Assembly: GCA_016432465.1 (NCBI GenBank)
Contig: CP066690.1
Span: forward strand, 57,233 to 121,232
Direction of reading: 5' to 3'
DNA from: Candidatus Sungiibacteriota bacterium
GTDB lineage: Bacteria; Patescibacteriota; Minisyncoccia; Sungbacterales; HO2-52-23
DNA: 64,000 bases
The notes under the pieces: generated by a model
What the model was told of the DNA's origin: nothing
Databases searched by the model: none
Seen by the model: the letters and a program-made list of their open reading frames with translations, nothing else
Shown here: piece by piece, positions 20,624-30,891 of the stretch
How positions within the stretch are numbered: the first letter of the stretch is position 1
How the letters are laid out: each line of letters begins with the position of its first letter
Program-made: the position numbers and the translations under genes

Positions 20624-20715
20624 ATCCTTATACTATCAGAAAGTCCTTAAAAAGAAAACGGCGAGCTACGCCGTTCTATCTTATTGGTTCAAGAAGCACC
20701 TTTATGAGGGAAAAA

Positions 20716-20868
20716 TCAAGAATCGGTCTCCCGCACAAATTCCTCATGTCCGCACTTGTCACAACGAAGTCCTCGCCGCTCCGTAGATCGACTAACCAGC
20801 TCGGAAAACCGACCCATCCATCCCTTCCTGCATACTTGACACAATGCCACGCCGCACATGCAGCACAT
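20716..20868 (-). CDS. 50-aa zinc-ribbon-like protein
   Basis: translated by hand: MCCMCGVALCQVCRKG...RCDKCGHEEF; RBS AGGAGGTG just upstream; hairpin at 20655-20677. Confidence 0.6.
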   Translation of the reverse strand: MCCMCGVALCQVCRKGWMGRFSELVSRSTERRGLRCDKCGHEEFVRETDS

Positions 20869-21204
20869 CTCCCATTCACCTCCTTTCTGAAGAACTAAAT
20901 TCCCGTGGCGGAATTGCCACGGGAATTATTTTCCAAAAGTTTTTGATTAAAACCTTCTTAGTTTAGACAATAATTTCCATGGCAAAATATTGCAAAACAC
21001 CGCAACGACGTGCGGTTCGCTTCACATTATTAAACATGGAACAAAGTTGCTGCATAATAATTGATCTTGGGTGCTAGCAATGGTATTCCGGCCCGCGCTT
21101 CGCTGAAGCTTCGGCGAGGCGAGCAAACCCTATCCAGCACATAACAAGTTATGTACTGGACTCCGTTCTCCCGCTTTCAGCGGGATCACTTCGCTTTCCC
21201 AACA

Positions 21205-21325
21205 TTACTGGCGTACCCTACTTTCCCAGGCGCGGATTGGCACCAAGTATCATTGGGCCTAGATGCTTTCACTACTGAGTTCGGAATGGAATCAGGTGGA
21301 TCACATCTAGGTAAAACACCAGCAA
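21205..21325 (-). rRNA. rrf: 5S rRNA
   Basis: matches 5S reverse complement (TTTCACTACTGAGTTCGGAATGGAATCAGGTGG); ends approximate. Confidence 0.9.
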
Positions 21326-21713
21326 AGTTCGGAATGCGAAACCAAACTTAACTTGGCGAGTCTCACCATATATTTTTGAGAAACTTCTCAAAAATTTATA
21401 GGCGGGCAGGTAATTAATGATCTATTAGTATCGCTCGGCTAAACGCATTGCTGCGCTTACACCTGCGACCTATCAACGTAGTCATCTTCTACGGATCTAA
21501 TACTAGCGGACATCAGAAATCGGAGATCGGAAATCAGAAAAGTTCTGACGTCTGATTTCTGAAATCTGAAGTCCGCTAGTTCGATACCTAATCTTGAGGC
21601 GTGCTTCGCACTTATATGCTTTCAGCGCTTATCACAACCGAACATAGCTACCCAGCGGTGCTCCTGGCGGAACAGCTGGTACACCAGAGGTTCGTTCATC
21701 CCGGTCCTCTCGT

Positions 21714-22354
21714 CACATTTTCTTCTATCACTAGAAGTGTAGACTATATCTTTGCCCCTTTGGATTTTGATCTAAAGTCGGGCATCGGCATATTATAATC
21801 AAGAATTTTCTTGACTATCCGTCCCGGCAATGCCGGGAACAAGTCGTTACGGGGTCATATTGACAAATTCTAGTATATCATGTAATAATGATATCGCCGA
21901 AATGAAAGGAGGACTCATGGCCCGAGAGTTGGTCGTTGACATGTTCTATTCAACGATTAAGACACCATGGATTACCTGCGATAAGTGTGGCTTTAAAGCA
22001 AAACAGTCAGATCTCAGATATGACGGATATTATAAGGATCATTCTGGTTTTAACCACCATTTTCACTGTCCAAGGTGTTATGAGTCTATTTTAATACCAA
22101 GCCTTTTATAGGCGGTATCATCAACCATTGCTCCTGACTTCCCGGGAGCATTTTTTTGTCAATTGACTTCCCACGGTATTAACTTTAGTATGTTTGATCG
22201 AAGTTCTCGGACCGCGAGATTTCTTCGCAAACTAAAGCATCCATGGCTAAGCCGAGTTTGACTCGGCCGCCATCCCGTCCCGCTTTTAGCGGGATTAGGG
22301 ACCGTTATTAGCCAAATTGTCATCGCGCATTACTGCGCGAAGTAGCAATACTTT
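21714..22354 (-). mobile_element. group I intron after U2656 (E. coli numbering), sarcin-ricin loop
   Basis: exon ...CCUAGU|intron...G|ACGAGAGGACC; S element AAGATATAGTC, R element CGTAACGACT; the 156-nt exon to the L2500 site fits the numbering. Confidence 0.9.
21917..22111 (+). CDS. intron-encoded 64-aa CxxC...CxxC protein, antisense to rRNA
   Basis: RBS AAGGAGG 21906-21912, CDKC/CPRC, upstream TTGACA, terminator 22129-22157. Confidence 0.7.
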   Translation: MARELVVDMFYSTIKTPWITCDKCGFKAKQSDLRYDGYYKDHSGFNHHFHCPRCYESILIPSLL

Positions 22355-22405
22355 ACTAGGGACGACCCCTCTCAAGTATCAACGCCTGTGGTAGATAGGA
22401 GACCA

Positions 22406-22439
<34 letters not shown>

Positions 22440-22444
22440 GACTT

Positions 22445-22493
<49 letters not shown>

Positions 22494-22510
22494 AAGTCGA
22501 GCCGACATCG

Positions 22511-23141
22511 TATGTTCGCTTCGCTCACAACGCGATACCAATATACGAATGGCATGCGAATGATACGAATTGCGAATTTCCTCTATTACTAGAGGCATGG
22601 ACTATATCTTCATCCCCCTGCATGCCTGCGGAAGGAGCTCGCGTATTATATTTTGCTTAAAGCAAAATATCTTTCCGAACTTTATTCGGAAAAGTCTCTA
22701 CGGGGTTAATGCTTTTTTTATAGAAGCTCTGGTTTCAGCAAACTTAGCGACATCTTGAATAGCTTGCTGAATTTCAGTTTCAATAATATCAACCGGTCGT
22801 TTCCCTGAATCAATCTCCGCATCAGTCCAATTTCTACGACCAATCGGGTCTTCCAATTGTTGAAGTCGTGCAACGAGCCTTGACGATGCCTCGCTCAACA
22901 AAAGATTATTTTCTTCCAATTGATTCAGAAGTTCTTGGTTGTTTAATTGTAATTCTTCTTTCATATGCATAACTTCCCTCGGTATTATCCTATCAAATTT
23001 GGTTCAAAAACTCAATAGGATTTCACCGATATTAGCGAGATTTTTATGCAGGATTACTCCTGCAGCACCCCGATGATCGTGATGGCCAGTCACGTGCAAA
23101 CTAGTTAACCAGAGAACTAGCTAACTAATAAACTATTGTTG
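22511..23141 (-). mobile_element. group I intron at L2500 with terminal A
   Basis: exon CACCU|...CAUA|CGAUGUC; S element GAAGATATAGTCC, R element CGTAGAGACT. Confidence 0.88.
22698..22970 (-). CDS. intron-encoded 90-aa helical protein (P6 loop)
   Basis: ORF fills the region between the Q and R elements; no nuclease motif seen. Confidence 0.55.
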   Translation of the reverse strand: MHMKEELQLNNQELLNQLEENNLLLSEASSRLVARLQQLEDPIGRRNWTDAEIDSGKRPVDIIETEIQQAIQDVAKFAETRASIKKALTP

Positions 23142-24027
23142 AGGTGCCGAACTCCGCCGTCGATATGAACTCTTGGGCGGAACTAGCCTGTTATCCCCAG
23201 AGTAGCTTTTGTCTGATAATCTTTGGCCTTGTTCTAGAAAGCGATAAATACCCACACCTCGGAACTGAATCCGAAGCGTGAATAATTACCATGGCCATCG
23301 GTTCACTAAGCTCTGCTTTCGCACCTGCGCGGGATATCCCCCTTGCAGTCAAGCCGGCTTGTGCCTTTACACGTCCACCCCGATTTCCATCCGGGGTAAG
23401 CCGACCTTAATAGACCACTCCATTACTTTTTGGGAGTGTAGTGCCCCACCAAAACTGCCCACCAGACACTGTTCCAGTTGGGCTTCACCGCGAAGCCCAC
23501 AGTTAAGTTTAAGGTTAAAAGTTTATTGTTAAGGTTGTGAGTTGTTAGTTTAAGTTAATGTTTAACCTAAACCAAAAACTTACAACCTAAACTTACAGGT
23601 TGCCAGAGCAACCGAAACTTTAAACTTAAAACTGTCGTGTGAACACTGCGGTGTTCCCAACCGGTTAGAATTTAAAACTTCAAAGAGTGGTATTTCACTG
23701 ACGGCTCCTCTTGATCCGGAAACCAAGAATCAAAGCCTGCCACCTATGCTACGCATCAAAGTTCTAAACCCAATATCAAGTTGCAGTAAAGCTTCTGGGG
23801 TCTTTTCGTCTAACCACAGGTATCCGGCATCTTCACCGGAATTGTATTTTCACCGGGCTCCTCGTTGAGACAGTCCCCTAGTCGTTACGCCTTTCGTGCG
23901 CTTCAGAACTTACCTGAAAAGGAATTGCGCTCAATTACGTTATCACCGAGCACTCAATTTTGGATTTGACAAAATTGTCAAAATTGGTTATGTTGAATAT
24001 GGTACGTTCTACCTACTGGAGGTAAAC

Positions 24028-24237
24028 ATGAAGTTCAAGGACTTGGAGATTGGGGATCATTTTGTTCTCCCAAACCATATCCCAACCAGGAACGGTATCC
24101 CTTCACCCATCGATGCTGTACAGCTTGAGGTTTTTCGTAGGATCACCACTCATGGACGCATTAACGTGCTGTCCGTAAAATCTTTGGCTCCAGGATACGT
24201 TAACCATAACGCTCCGGTCATCAAACTTATCATGTGA
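24028..24237 (+). CDS. intron-encoded 69-aa protein (MKFKDLEIGDHF...), antisense to rRNA
   Basis: TTGACA-17-TATGTT promoter, RBS GGAGGT, terminator 24242-24262, 21-bp flanking inverted repeat. Confidence 0.7.
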   Translation: MKFKDLEIGDHFVLPNHIPTRNGIPSPIDAVQLEVFRRITTHGRINVLSVKSLAPGYVNHNAPVIKLIM

Positions 24238-24348
24238 TTTCGCCACCGCCGGTGGCATTTTTAAATAATCCAAAATTGAGTGCTCGGATCCTCTATGTCG
24301 CCATAGAGATCGGACTATATCTTACAAACAGAAGTCAGGTGTTGGAAA

Positions 24349-24912
24349 TCAGAAGTCAGAATGCTTCCGACTTCCAATATCCGATGTCTGATATCTGTTG
24401 TTCTGGCGTATAGTCTCTGAGGATTCAAGATATTGAGATGGTTTCTTACGATTCATTTGCTCTACTGTCCTCGCAATTTCTTTCATACCCTTCTTGGTTA
24501 GATGGATTTTCCGTTCCATCATATCAAGAATTTTTATGAATCGTTTGAAGTCACTTTGTTTTGCAGTACGGAGCGGATATTTCTGAAAGAAAGGAATTAT
24601 TTTCTCACGTATATCTTTCGTAGACCTAACACAATAACGATATAGCGGTTCACGGTGATTATCGTAACGCTTATTGATGAAAATTTTTCCGCAGCCGAAG
24701 AATTTTTGTAATTCTTCAAGAGCGAATAAACTTTTTTCACCTTGCGTTACCACAAACTCCGGAAAAACCTGCCATCCATTTTTAAGAATCCTATTACGAA
24801 AGACTCCTACAGAGAAACATCCTTCTCCGTCTACAAAACCAGTTATCCATCCCAAATAATAATCTTGCCTTTCCTGCTGATTATCTGCACTGGACACATT
24901 TTTACTTGGCAT
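24349..24912 (-). CDS. single-motif LAGLIDADG homing endonuclease
   Basis: WITGFVDGEGCF motif; SADNQQER and ESSETIR overlap intron core elements. Confidence 0.93.
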   Translation of the reverse strand: MPSKNVSSADNQQERQDYYLGWITGFVDGEGCFSVGVFRNRILKNGWQVFPEFVVTQGEKSLFALEELQKFFGCGKIFINKRYDNHREPLYRYCVRSTKDIREKIIPFFQKYPLRTAKQSDFKRFIKILDMMERKIHLTKKGMKEIARTVEQMNRKKPSQYLESSETIRQNNRYQTSDIGSRKHSDF

Positions 24913-26151
24913 AATTTTAGAAGATTTTATCCCCTAAGGATAATTATACCTTAGTAGTGCCAGATACTCCAGACTTTCCAGCATATAGTCCCGACGTTTC
25001 ATCTAAAAATTAGGATGAAGAAGTCGGGATCCCGATTTTACACTATGATTATTTTATAAATAGTGCATCGGGACCAGATTTTATTAAAGCAGCGCGCTTT
25101 CTACTTTAAGACCCTTATAGTTAGGGCCGACATTGACGAGGGCTTGATACCTAGAGCCGCGAGGCGGCCTCGTATGTTTATAAGTTTGTAGTTAAAAGTT
25201 TTGAGTTTAAGTTAAAAGTGATTAGTTTAAGTTAACGTTAACCTAAACATTAAACTAAAAACTTAAACTTAGGAGGCCGCTAGGCCGGAACCTAGAACTA
25301 AAAACTATAAACTAATCGAGGTCGCCCCGCGACCAAGGTATTTAACCTTCTCGCATTGGTCAGGCGTCACCCCCCATACATCCTCTTACGAGTTAGCGGG
25401 GAGCTGTGTTTTTGGTAAACAGTCGCCAGGGGTACTTTTGTTGCAGCCCCTAAGCCCTTGCGGGCCGGGGCAGACCTTATTGCGAACTTACGGTCGCTTT
25501 TTTGCCGAGTTCCTTAACGAGGAATCACCCATTCGCCTTAGTGTTCTCCACCAACCCACCTGTGTCGGTTTACGGTACGGTCGCATGCTGATATTTTAGA
25601 CGGTTTTCTGGGAAACGCGCTTTGCAAAATTTCTAATGGATTGCTCCAAAAGATTTTCTCCGCGCTTGGAACCGAGCATTACCTCCATGGACGGATTTTC
25701 CTATCCACGTTCCTTACGCTAAGAACGAAAATCCAATAATTCGCTTTGCATACTGCGTTCCGTTACGCCATCAAAACAACATGCGGTGCTGGAATATTAA
25801 CCAGCTGTCCATCAGCTACGGCTTTCGCCATTGCCTTAGGACCGACTAACCCTCAGTTGATTGCCATTGCTGAGGAAACCTTGGGTTTTCGGCGGTCCGG
25901 GCTTTCACCGGACTTGCGGTTACTTGTGCCAACATTCTCTCTTCTTAACGCTCCAGTCGCCCTCGCGGGTCAACCTTCACTGCATTAAGAATGCTCTTCT
26001 ACTGCTTGCGCAACTGCCAATTGCCAACCGCTAACTCTTAATTTTTATTAGAAATTAGAAGTTAGAAATTCGAAGTTGCGCAAGCCCGTAGCTTCGGTAC
26101 AACGCTTAGCCCCGAGTATCTTTGGTGCAGTGTCTCTAGACGAGTGAGCTG

Positions 26152-26194
<43 letters not shown>

Positions 26195-26923
26195 CGCTGT
26201 TTGAGAAACTCCACCGCCTTATTACACTTAGCGTTGATTTAGGGACCTTAGCTGACGATCTGGGCTGTTGCCCTCTTGCACGATGGAGCTTAGCCCCCAC
26301 CTGCTGACTCTTGGAATAACTATACGCGCATTCGGAGTTTGGTTGGTTCGCCGAGCTTTCGCCCTTACGAACCATCCAGTAGCTCTACCTCGCGTATCGT
26401 ATAATCCAAGGCTAGCCCAAAAGCTATTTCGAAGAGAACCAGCTATTACCAGATTCGATTAGCTTTTCACTCCTTACCACAGGTCATCCGAAGGCGTTGA
26501 ACGACCCACCGGTTCGGGCCTCCCCCCGATGTTACTCGGGGTTCACCCTGCCCATGGCAAGCTCATCTGGCTTCGGGTCTTTTGAATACTACCTACAAAA
26601 GCTTCTTAGCTTATAGCTTCCTAGCTTCCTAGGAACGAAAATAAACTCGCACCTAAAAAGCTAAGAAGCTAAAAAGCTAGAAAGCTATTGAAAACGCGCT
26701 ATTAACACTCGGTTTCCCTACGACTCGGTGCCTCGCGGCACTTAGTCAAGCAGTATCCAAAAACTCGTTGGCTCATTCTTCAATAGGCACCACAGCAGAG
26801 ATCAGAGGTCGGATGTCGGAAATCAGAATTTTAGTTCCGACTTCTGATTTCCGATCTCTGATCTCCTTTGTGTCCTTGTAAGCATATGGTTTCAGGTACT
26901 ATTTCACCGCCCTCACCGGGCTG

Positions 26924-26962
<39 letters not shown>

Positions 26963-27496
26963 GTTCCGGGAGTATTTAGCCTTGGCGGACTAGTTCCGCC
27001 TGCTTCCTGCCCAGTCTCCATACGGGGCAGTACTCAAGAACCCCGACGCACTATTAGAAATCTAACAATGAAGTCGGGGTCCCGACTTTACGTCGGGATA
27101 ATAACTAGGAGCATGCAATATTTTTCAAATACGGGGCTTTCACCCTCTTTGGCCGGCCTTTCCAGGGCCGTTCTTCTAAATAAATCGCAACTTTTTGCTC
27201 CTTCGGATCGCTCCGAGCGCTATTATCTTACAACCTCCCGGTCTCCATTAAATAAATTCAATAGAAACCGGGATTTGGGCTGATCCCTTTTCGCTCGCCG
27301 CTACTGGGGGAATATATCAGTTTATAGTTAAAGGTTTTAAGTTTAAGTTAAAAGTTATTAGTTTAAGTTAGCGTTAACTTAAACTTTAAACTAAAAACTT
27401 AAACTTAGGAGGCCGTTAGGCCGTAACCTAAAACTAAAAACTGACATTCTTTTCTTTTCCTCCGCTTACTGAGATGTTTCACTTCAGCGGGTATCG

Positions 27497-27693
27497 CGCC
27501 AAGCACTCATTTCTATACACTTGACAAATTTATAAATATAAACTATGCTAAGATCAACCAAGGGGGTTTGGTTACAACCACCGATAGCCTGGCCCGGTCC
27601 TACCGGACTTCCCAGGCCGCTGGTTGGTTAGACCCCCCTGCCACAGGTTTTCCCTGTGGCCTCTTTTTTGAGTACAGAAATGAGTGCTCGGCG
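27497..27693 (+). ncRNA. putative antisense small RNA cassette inside a 23S 5'-region insertion
   Basis: TTGACA(27521)-17-TATGCT(27544), about 110-nt structured GC-rich RNA, terminator GCCACAGG/CCTGTGGC+T-tract, 22-bp flanking stem. Confidence 0.55.
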
Positions 27694-28479
27694 AATGCGT
27701 TTTACGCAAACGGGTTTCCCCATTCGGACATCGCCGGATCAAAGGTTGCTCGCCACCTCCCCGACGCTTATCGCAGGCACGCCACGTCCTTCATCGCCTC
27801 CGGAACCCTAGGCATCCACCATATGCTCTTAATTAATTCTGTTCATAGTTAAAGGTTCTAAGTTTAAGTTAAAAGTTATTAGTTTAAGTTAGCGTTAACT
27901 TAAACTTTAAACTAAAAAACTTGAACTTAGGAGTCTCGCTGTAAGCGGGACGAAACCTGAAACTAAGAACTGATTTTACCTGCCCGCCTATAAATTTTTG
28001 CTTATTAGCCAAAAAATTATGGGGCGGGAATACAATTTTTTACTTCGACTATGCTCAGAATTCTAATACTGAGCCTGCCGAAGTATACCTGTTTATTCAG
28101 TTTTCAAGATACTATCCTTATCTGCCATCGGATATCCACCTGCTATAAACGGATATCCGACGGCAGGTAAACCCGCGCACTAATTCTGAAATGGTTTTGT
28201 CTCAACTGAGATTATTTCCGCGGTGTCGCCTCTGTCAAGCTAAACTTGACGTCGGCTCCATCAGTACCAACACTAAAGCCTCAATAGAATTAGTGCGGGG
28301 TCAATTGTCCGTTTCCAAATTTTCTGCGCCTGATGGCTTAAAAATTTGGACGGAACAATTGAAAAACCGCGTAAGTACGCGGCTCTTTCACACAGTATCT
28401 AAAAACTGTAGGCTAAATTTCAATCATTTTTTGAGCCGCTTTATTTTTAAATTGTAGACGGGTTTTCATTGTTATCGCA

Positions 28480-28509
28480 ATTATACTCCCGGCCCCATCT
28501 TGCTGTCAA
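28480..28509 (-). promoter_or_regulatory. 23S-5S operon promoter
   Basis: minus strand TTGACA-18 nt-TATAAT; DnaA box TTATCCACA at 28517-28525. Confidence 0.75.
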
Positions 28510-28587
28510 CAATATCTGTGGATAAGCTGTCAAATACAAAACCGTCCCGGCCGGCCGGGACGGTTTTGTAGCAAAATTCTCTGAAAA

Positions 28588-29268
28588 TTACTGCCTTCTT
28601 AATTCGCTTCTTACGCGGTCAATCCAGCCGGCAGCGGCCTCTTTACCGCCAAGGCCAAAAGAAAGGCCAAAAGCCAAAGCAAGAGCTGCAATAAGACCTG
28701 TAATAAGCGTCTGGACAAGGGCAGTGGCAATGCCAAGCTGTAGTAGTACGGCAATAAAAGCAAACACCCAAATTGCCCAGCGCGCTACTATTCCTACCAG
28801 TCCACCGTGATAGCCAGCTGCCTCAACTGAACCACGCACCAGCCGCTCTACGGCTTGAGCTACTATAGCGGCAATAATAAGAACTAATGCTGCCACTACG
28901 ACGTTGGGGATGTAAAGAAGGACACTCGTCAAAAATGCAGATACCTGACCCAAACCAAGTATATTTACCGAGGCCAGAAGAAAAACCACAATCAAGAACC
29001 ATCTCACCAATCCTCCAATAAATGCGCCGGTGTTGAGACGGAATCCGCCTCGTTCCAGGGTTCGTTCAAAATCAAGTTTAACCAGCAAAGCGTCAATTCG
29101 TAGCGCTCTTATTATGTGCTCCACCAACTTCCCCAATGCTACGGCTATGATCCAGCCTATTATAAAGACGATTATCGCGCCTATAAGAAGCGGAAGAAAT
29201 CCTATTACCGAAGCCCATACCTCTTGCAGGGAAGCCACTATTACATCTCCCCAGGTTTGTAGTACCAT
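28588..29268 (-). CDS. TM-helix repeat membrane protein (MscS-associated/CmpX-like)
   Basis: LP.LIGAIIVFIIGWIIA, YIPNVVVA, AFGLSFGLGGK motifs. Confidence 0.85.
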   Translation of the reverse strand: MVLQTWGDVIVASLQEVWASVIGFLPLLIGAIIVFIIGWIIAVALGKLVEHIIRALRIDALLVKLDFERTLERGGFRLNTGAFIGGLVRWFLIVVFLLASVNILGLGQVSAFLTSVLLYIPNVVVAALVLIIAAIVAQAVERLVRGSVEAAGYHGGLVGIVARWAIWVFAFIAVLLQLGIATALVQTLITGLIAALALAFGLSFGLGGKEAAAGWIDRVRSELRRQ

Positions 29269-29460
29269 AATTTATAAGTTAACGTCTAAATTCTTATTTA
29301 ATAATCACGAAACCTAAATAGTCCTTTTGTCCCGTTTCTGGCGGGACGAAAAGTTATTGTGCACAATAACTTTTAACTATCGACCTTTGCCTTTTTTACT
29401 ATTTATAATTATAGTATGAAGGTATTTCTATATAAACCTTAGTTATCCACAAGGCTCACC

Positions 29461-30036
29461 ATGCTAAGTTATACCGACCTAAAAAAAGGTGTTCTCTTTA
29501 CTCTTGAAGGAGAACCTTATAAAGTTATTGACTCAAGTTTTTCCCGCATGCAGCAGAGAAAACCAGTAGTACAGGTAAAACTCCGGAACCTGCGCTCCGG
29601 CAAAACTGTGGAACGAACCTTCCAGCCTTCGGATACCTTTGAGGAGGCCGAGGTTCAAAAACGCCCCATGACTTTTTTATACGCACATCGTGGGGATTAC
29701 GTTTTCTCCGACGACGCAGACCCCAAAAACCGCCTTACTTTAAAAGAGGCGGCTTTGGAAAACAAAACAAACTGGCTAAAACCAAATACGCGTCTAACGG
29801 CTTTATTTTTTAAAGATGAACTTACAAGTATTGAGCTTCCTATAAAAATGGACTTCAGGGTTATTGAGGCCCCGCCCGGAGTGCAGGGAGATCGCGCCCA
29901 GTCAGGAACCAAAACAGTCACCATAGAAACCGGGATTGTGATTCAGGTCCCGTTATTCGTAAATGCGGGGGATACCGTCAGAGTCAATACAGAAACTGGT
30001 GAATATGTAGAAAGAGTACAAAAAGCTCCGGCCTAA
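29461..30036 (+). CDS. efp: elongation factor P (Arg-type loop)
   Basis: RMQQRKP, PGVQGD, ETG..IQVPLFV, VNTETGEY. Confidence 0.95.
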   Translation: MLSYTDLKKGVLFTLEGEPYKVIDSSFSRMQQRKPVVQVKLRNLRSGKTVERTFQPSDTFEEAEVQKRPMTFLYAHRGDYVFSDDADPKNRLTLKEAALENKTNWLKPNTRLTALFFKDELTSIELPIKMDFRVIEAPPGVQGDRAQSGTKTVTIETGIVIQVPLFVNAGDTVRVNTETGEYVERVQKAPA

Positions 30037-30253
30037 ACGAACAACGGGACGGGCGCCACTTTTTACCCCGCCGGTGGAAAGGGTTGAAAAAGTCGGCTCA
30101 TGAACCGGCTTCAGAAAAAATCTTTTGCCCTTCTGTTACCTGATAAAATAGGTTAAGAAAAAACTTTCTATCTTTTCTGGTCAAGGGCAACCCAGAGCTT
30201 GACATTAAAATCTAAATGTTTTAAACTAAGTTAAACCGCCTTGGAGGGGACAA

Positions 30254-30802
30254 GTGGTGAGACCGCAAGTCCGAACCAGCATCTGGGAGTCCTTTTTATA
30301 TGTTGGCCTTAGCTTCGCAGCAGTTGTCATGGTTATTTATCTTCAGACGCTTATTGAGCGCATACTCCAGGGTACAACAGTAGGAACTTTTCTTTACACA
30401 CAGGTAGGATATGGATTCCCTGTGCCGGAATTTTGGGAACGCATTGTAACTGCGCACAATGCAATTCAAAATACAGTTCTTTCGTTCCTAACAGGCTGGC
30501 TTCACGCCTCACTTTCCACTAATATGTTCCTCTTGGTTCGGGGAGTGGCCGTAAGTGCTTTGGTGGAAGAAGTGGAGTGGCGAGGAATTACGCGGCTATT
30601 CCAAGGTTCTTCAAAAAAGTTTTGGTGGTGGGTACTGGCCGCCATTTTACTGCTGGGATATACCCTAAGCTACTATACCGGCCCAATGAACTTATTGGTG
30701 GTACTAACGCTCGGGGCAGCCGCAACAATACTCGTAAAAGTAACAGGACGGCTTTGGACGGCCATCCTGCTACACATACTTATCAATATTAAAGGTTTCT
30801 AG
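30254..30802 (+). CDS. CPBP/Abi (CAAX) family intramembrane protease-like protein
   Basis: EEVEWRG and TGRLWTAILLHILIN motifs; own promoter 30199-30227 and terminator. Confidence 0.7.
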   Translation: MVRPQVRTSIWESFLYVGLSFAAVVMVIYLQTLIERILQGTTVGTFLYTQVGYGFPVPEFWERIVTAHNAIQNTVLSFLTGWLHASLSTNMFLLVRGVAVSALVEEVEWRGITRLFQGSSKKFWWWVLAAILLLGYTLSYYTGPMNLLVVLTLGAAATILVKVTGRLWTAILLHILINIKGF

Positions 30803-30891
30803 TCCCGCATCTTGCGGGGTTTTTCTTTCCTTACAGGAAACCCCGCGCGAAAGCGGCGTCATCCGTGGCTTTAGCCGCAGGAGCGCGGGGA

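Larger units (their letters stand above)
23932..25102 (-). mobile_element. group I intron at L1931 with homing endonuclease
   Basis: exon ...UUAAAGU|intron...G|AGCGCAAUUCC; R element CCTCAGAGACTA, S element AAGATATAGTCC. Confidence 0.93.

Noticed and set aside
27570-27640. SRP (4.5S) RNA identity for the antisense cassette
   Set aside because: Lacks the conserved CAGG-GNRA-AGCA helix 8 motif on either strand
28517-29451. Replication origin from DnaA boxes
   Set aside because: Boxes are isolated, with no cluster, dnaA gene or unwinding element nearby
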